Assembly: GCA_002104905.1 (NCBI GenBank)
Contig: MCFE01000093.1
Coordinates: 1-64,000, forward strand
Direction: 5' to 3'
Length of the DNA: 64,000 nt
Source: Basidiobolus meristosporus CBS 931.73
Lineage: Eukaryota > Fungi > Basidiobolomycota
Positions within the stretch are counted from its first letter, which is position 1. The number at the start of each line of letters is the position of its first letter. The notes under the pieces were generated by a model. That model made no database searches and was not told where the DNA came from. It saw only the letters and a list, made by a program, of their open reading frames with translations. The position numbers and the translations under genes are program-made. Shown here one piece after another: positions 62,871-64,000 of the stretch.

Positions 62871-64000
62871 TTGGTCCTCATACCAAGTCTCAACTCATCT
62901 TTAGTACAACCCAGACAAAACCCATCCCCCAGCTCACAAGCTTGGACCAGTCCGGAAAAGTGGATGTTGGATCCGTTCAAGTTCTTGCCAAATGATTTTA
63001 GTATGGACCAAGTGTCTATGATGAGTCTTCATACAGATATTTGGGCACTACTGATTAATCTAGCAGAACTAGATACCTTGGAGAGTTGACAAAGATGGAA
63101 GAATTGGAGTAGAAAGTTGTGGCATGAGTTCTACATCAAGATGCCAGCCAATGTATGTAAGAAGATATACCACAAGACAAGTATTGAAATCAAGATTGAG
63201 CTGAGAGTGAGGGGATTTGATGAAGAAGCTGCGCAGGAACAATTTTGCACGCACTGTGCACAGTATGGGACAAATGTGTCTGTTTGTGCCTCAACTTTGG
63301 GAACCAAAGAGATTTTGAATGAGTTTTTGCCTCAAATGACTAATGTACTGCATGATGTATTAATAGAGCTAAGTGGCTTCCAAGAACAATATACACAGGA
63401 CTCATCCAGGCAACTGCTCCAAAGTATCAGACAGAGGGTAAGTGAATACCTGGAGGAATCAGATGGTAAGCTTCAGGAGGAAGAATACAGACTGCAAGCA
63501 ACATTGTCTAGATTGCGCCAGCATGCCTTGCTGGATTCCTTACTATCTCTTGCAACCATAGCGCGCCGGCGCACGTCAGCCCAGACTATGCAAACACCCT
63601 TTACCAGAGCACCCCACGTTGAGTCAATGCACATTGGGTCAATGCGCACGCTTCAGAGCAAAACTACCAGAACTTGCCAAGCTGCTCATTTAGACACAAG
63701 TCCATTGGAGCAGATCAAGTTGCGTCAACATGCAGCATCACATCAAACTCAGCCAAGGGCCATCTCAACGCATCAAGGCACACCTGTGCATGCTGTTTTG
63801 CCTGACCATCAGCAAGTTATTGCTGGTGAACTGACTGATGATGACCAACATGAAGTGCCTCAACCACTAGAGCCCTTGGCAAGTAAAAGATTGCGTCAGC
63901 TTATGGCACTCCAGGCCGGTTCAGTTGGTTCAGTTGGAGCAATTCAGCACAGCCAAGCTGCAGCATTGCACTCATCAACTAGGAGGCAAAATACTGACTA
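62871..64000 (+). pseudogene. Long frame of unknown function with one in-frame TGA; runs off the window end
   Basis: The frame is open from 62871 to the window end apart from TGA at 63087-89. It is absent from the ORF track because it has no terminal stop. Helical segment followed by a Q/H/A/S-rich tail. Confidence 0.55.

Noticed and set aside
63087-63089. In-frame TGA as selenocysteine
   Set aside because: No redox-motif context; CpG deamination of CGA in a methylated repeat block is a simpler explanation.

Overview
Eukaryotic DNA, most likely from an early-diverging fungus (Zoopagomycota/Mucoromycota-like; inferred from short 54-160 nt GT-AG introns and the gene content). The window has two sharply separated compartments. 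(1) 1-~39,000 is gene-dense: GST, DHA2-type MFS pump, secreted alpha-carbonic anhydrase, bleomycin hydrolase, MATA-type HMG-box factor, GPI-anchored Cys-rich protein, RBR E3 ligase, KGD1, a hidden ~97-aa spliced microprotein, VMP1, 14-3-3, Sec7-PH ArfGEF, DnaJ, SIR2, Derlin, an intronless ST7/TPR-like gene, RPS24 and a TSTD2/TrhO-type rhodanese. A small LTR nest lies at 3.6-5.3 kb. (2) ~39,100-64,000 is a CpG-depleted block of nested transposons: Ty1/copia, Ty3/gypsy, CACTA-like and PIF/Harbinger. Main observations: the copia family has a half-tRNA(iMet) PBS of the Ty5/copia type; the gypsy family shows a Tf1-type self-priming signature (12-nt PBS complementary to LTR sequence just downstream of the TATA box); a Harbinger end has a Tourist-like TIR and subterminal repeats; there is a ~1.7-kb-arm inverted repeat; and the intronless ST7-like gene is split by a +1 shift at GCT-TGA-G. 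Seven single-base indels in homopolymer runs interrupt otherwise intact genes and are probably assembly errors. Gene models and identities were read by eye, with no database searches.
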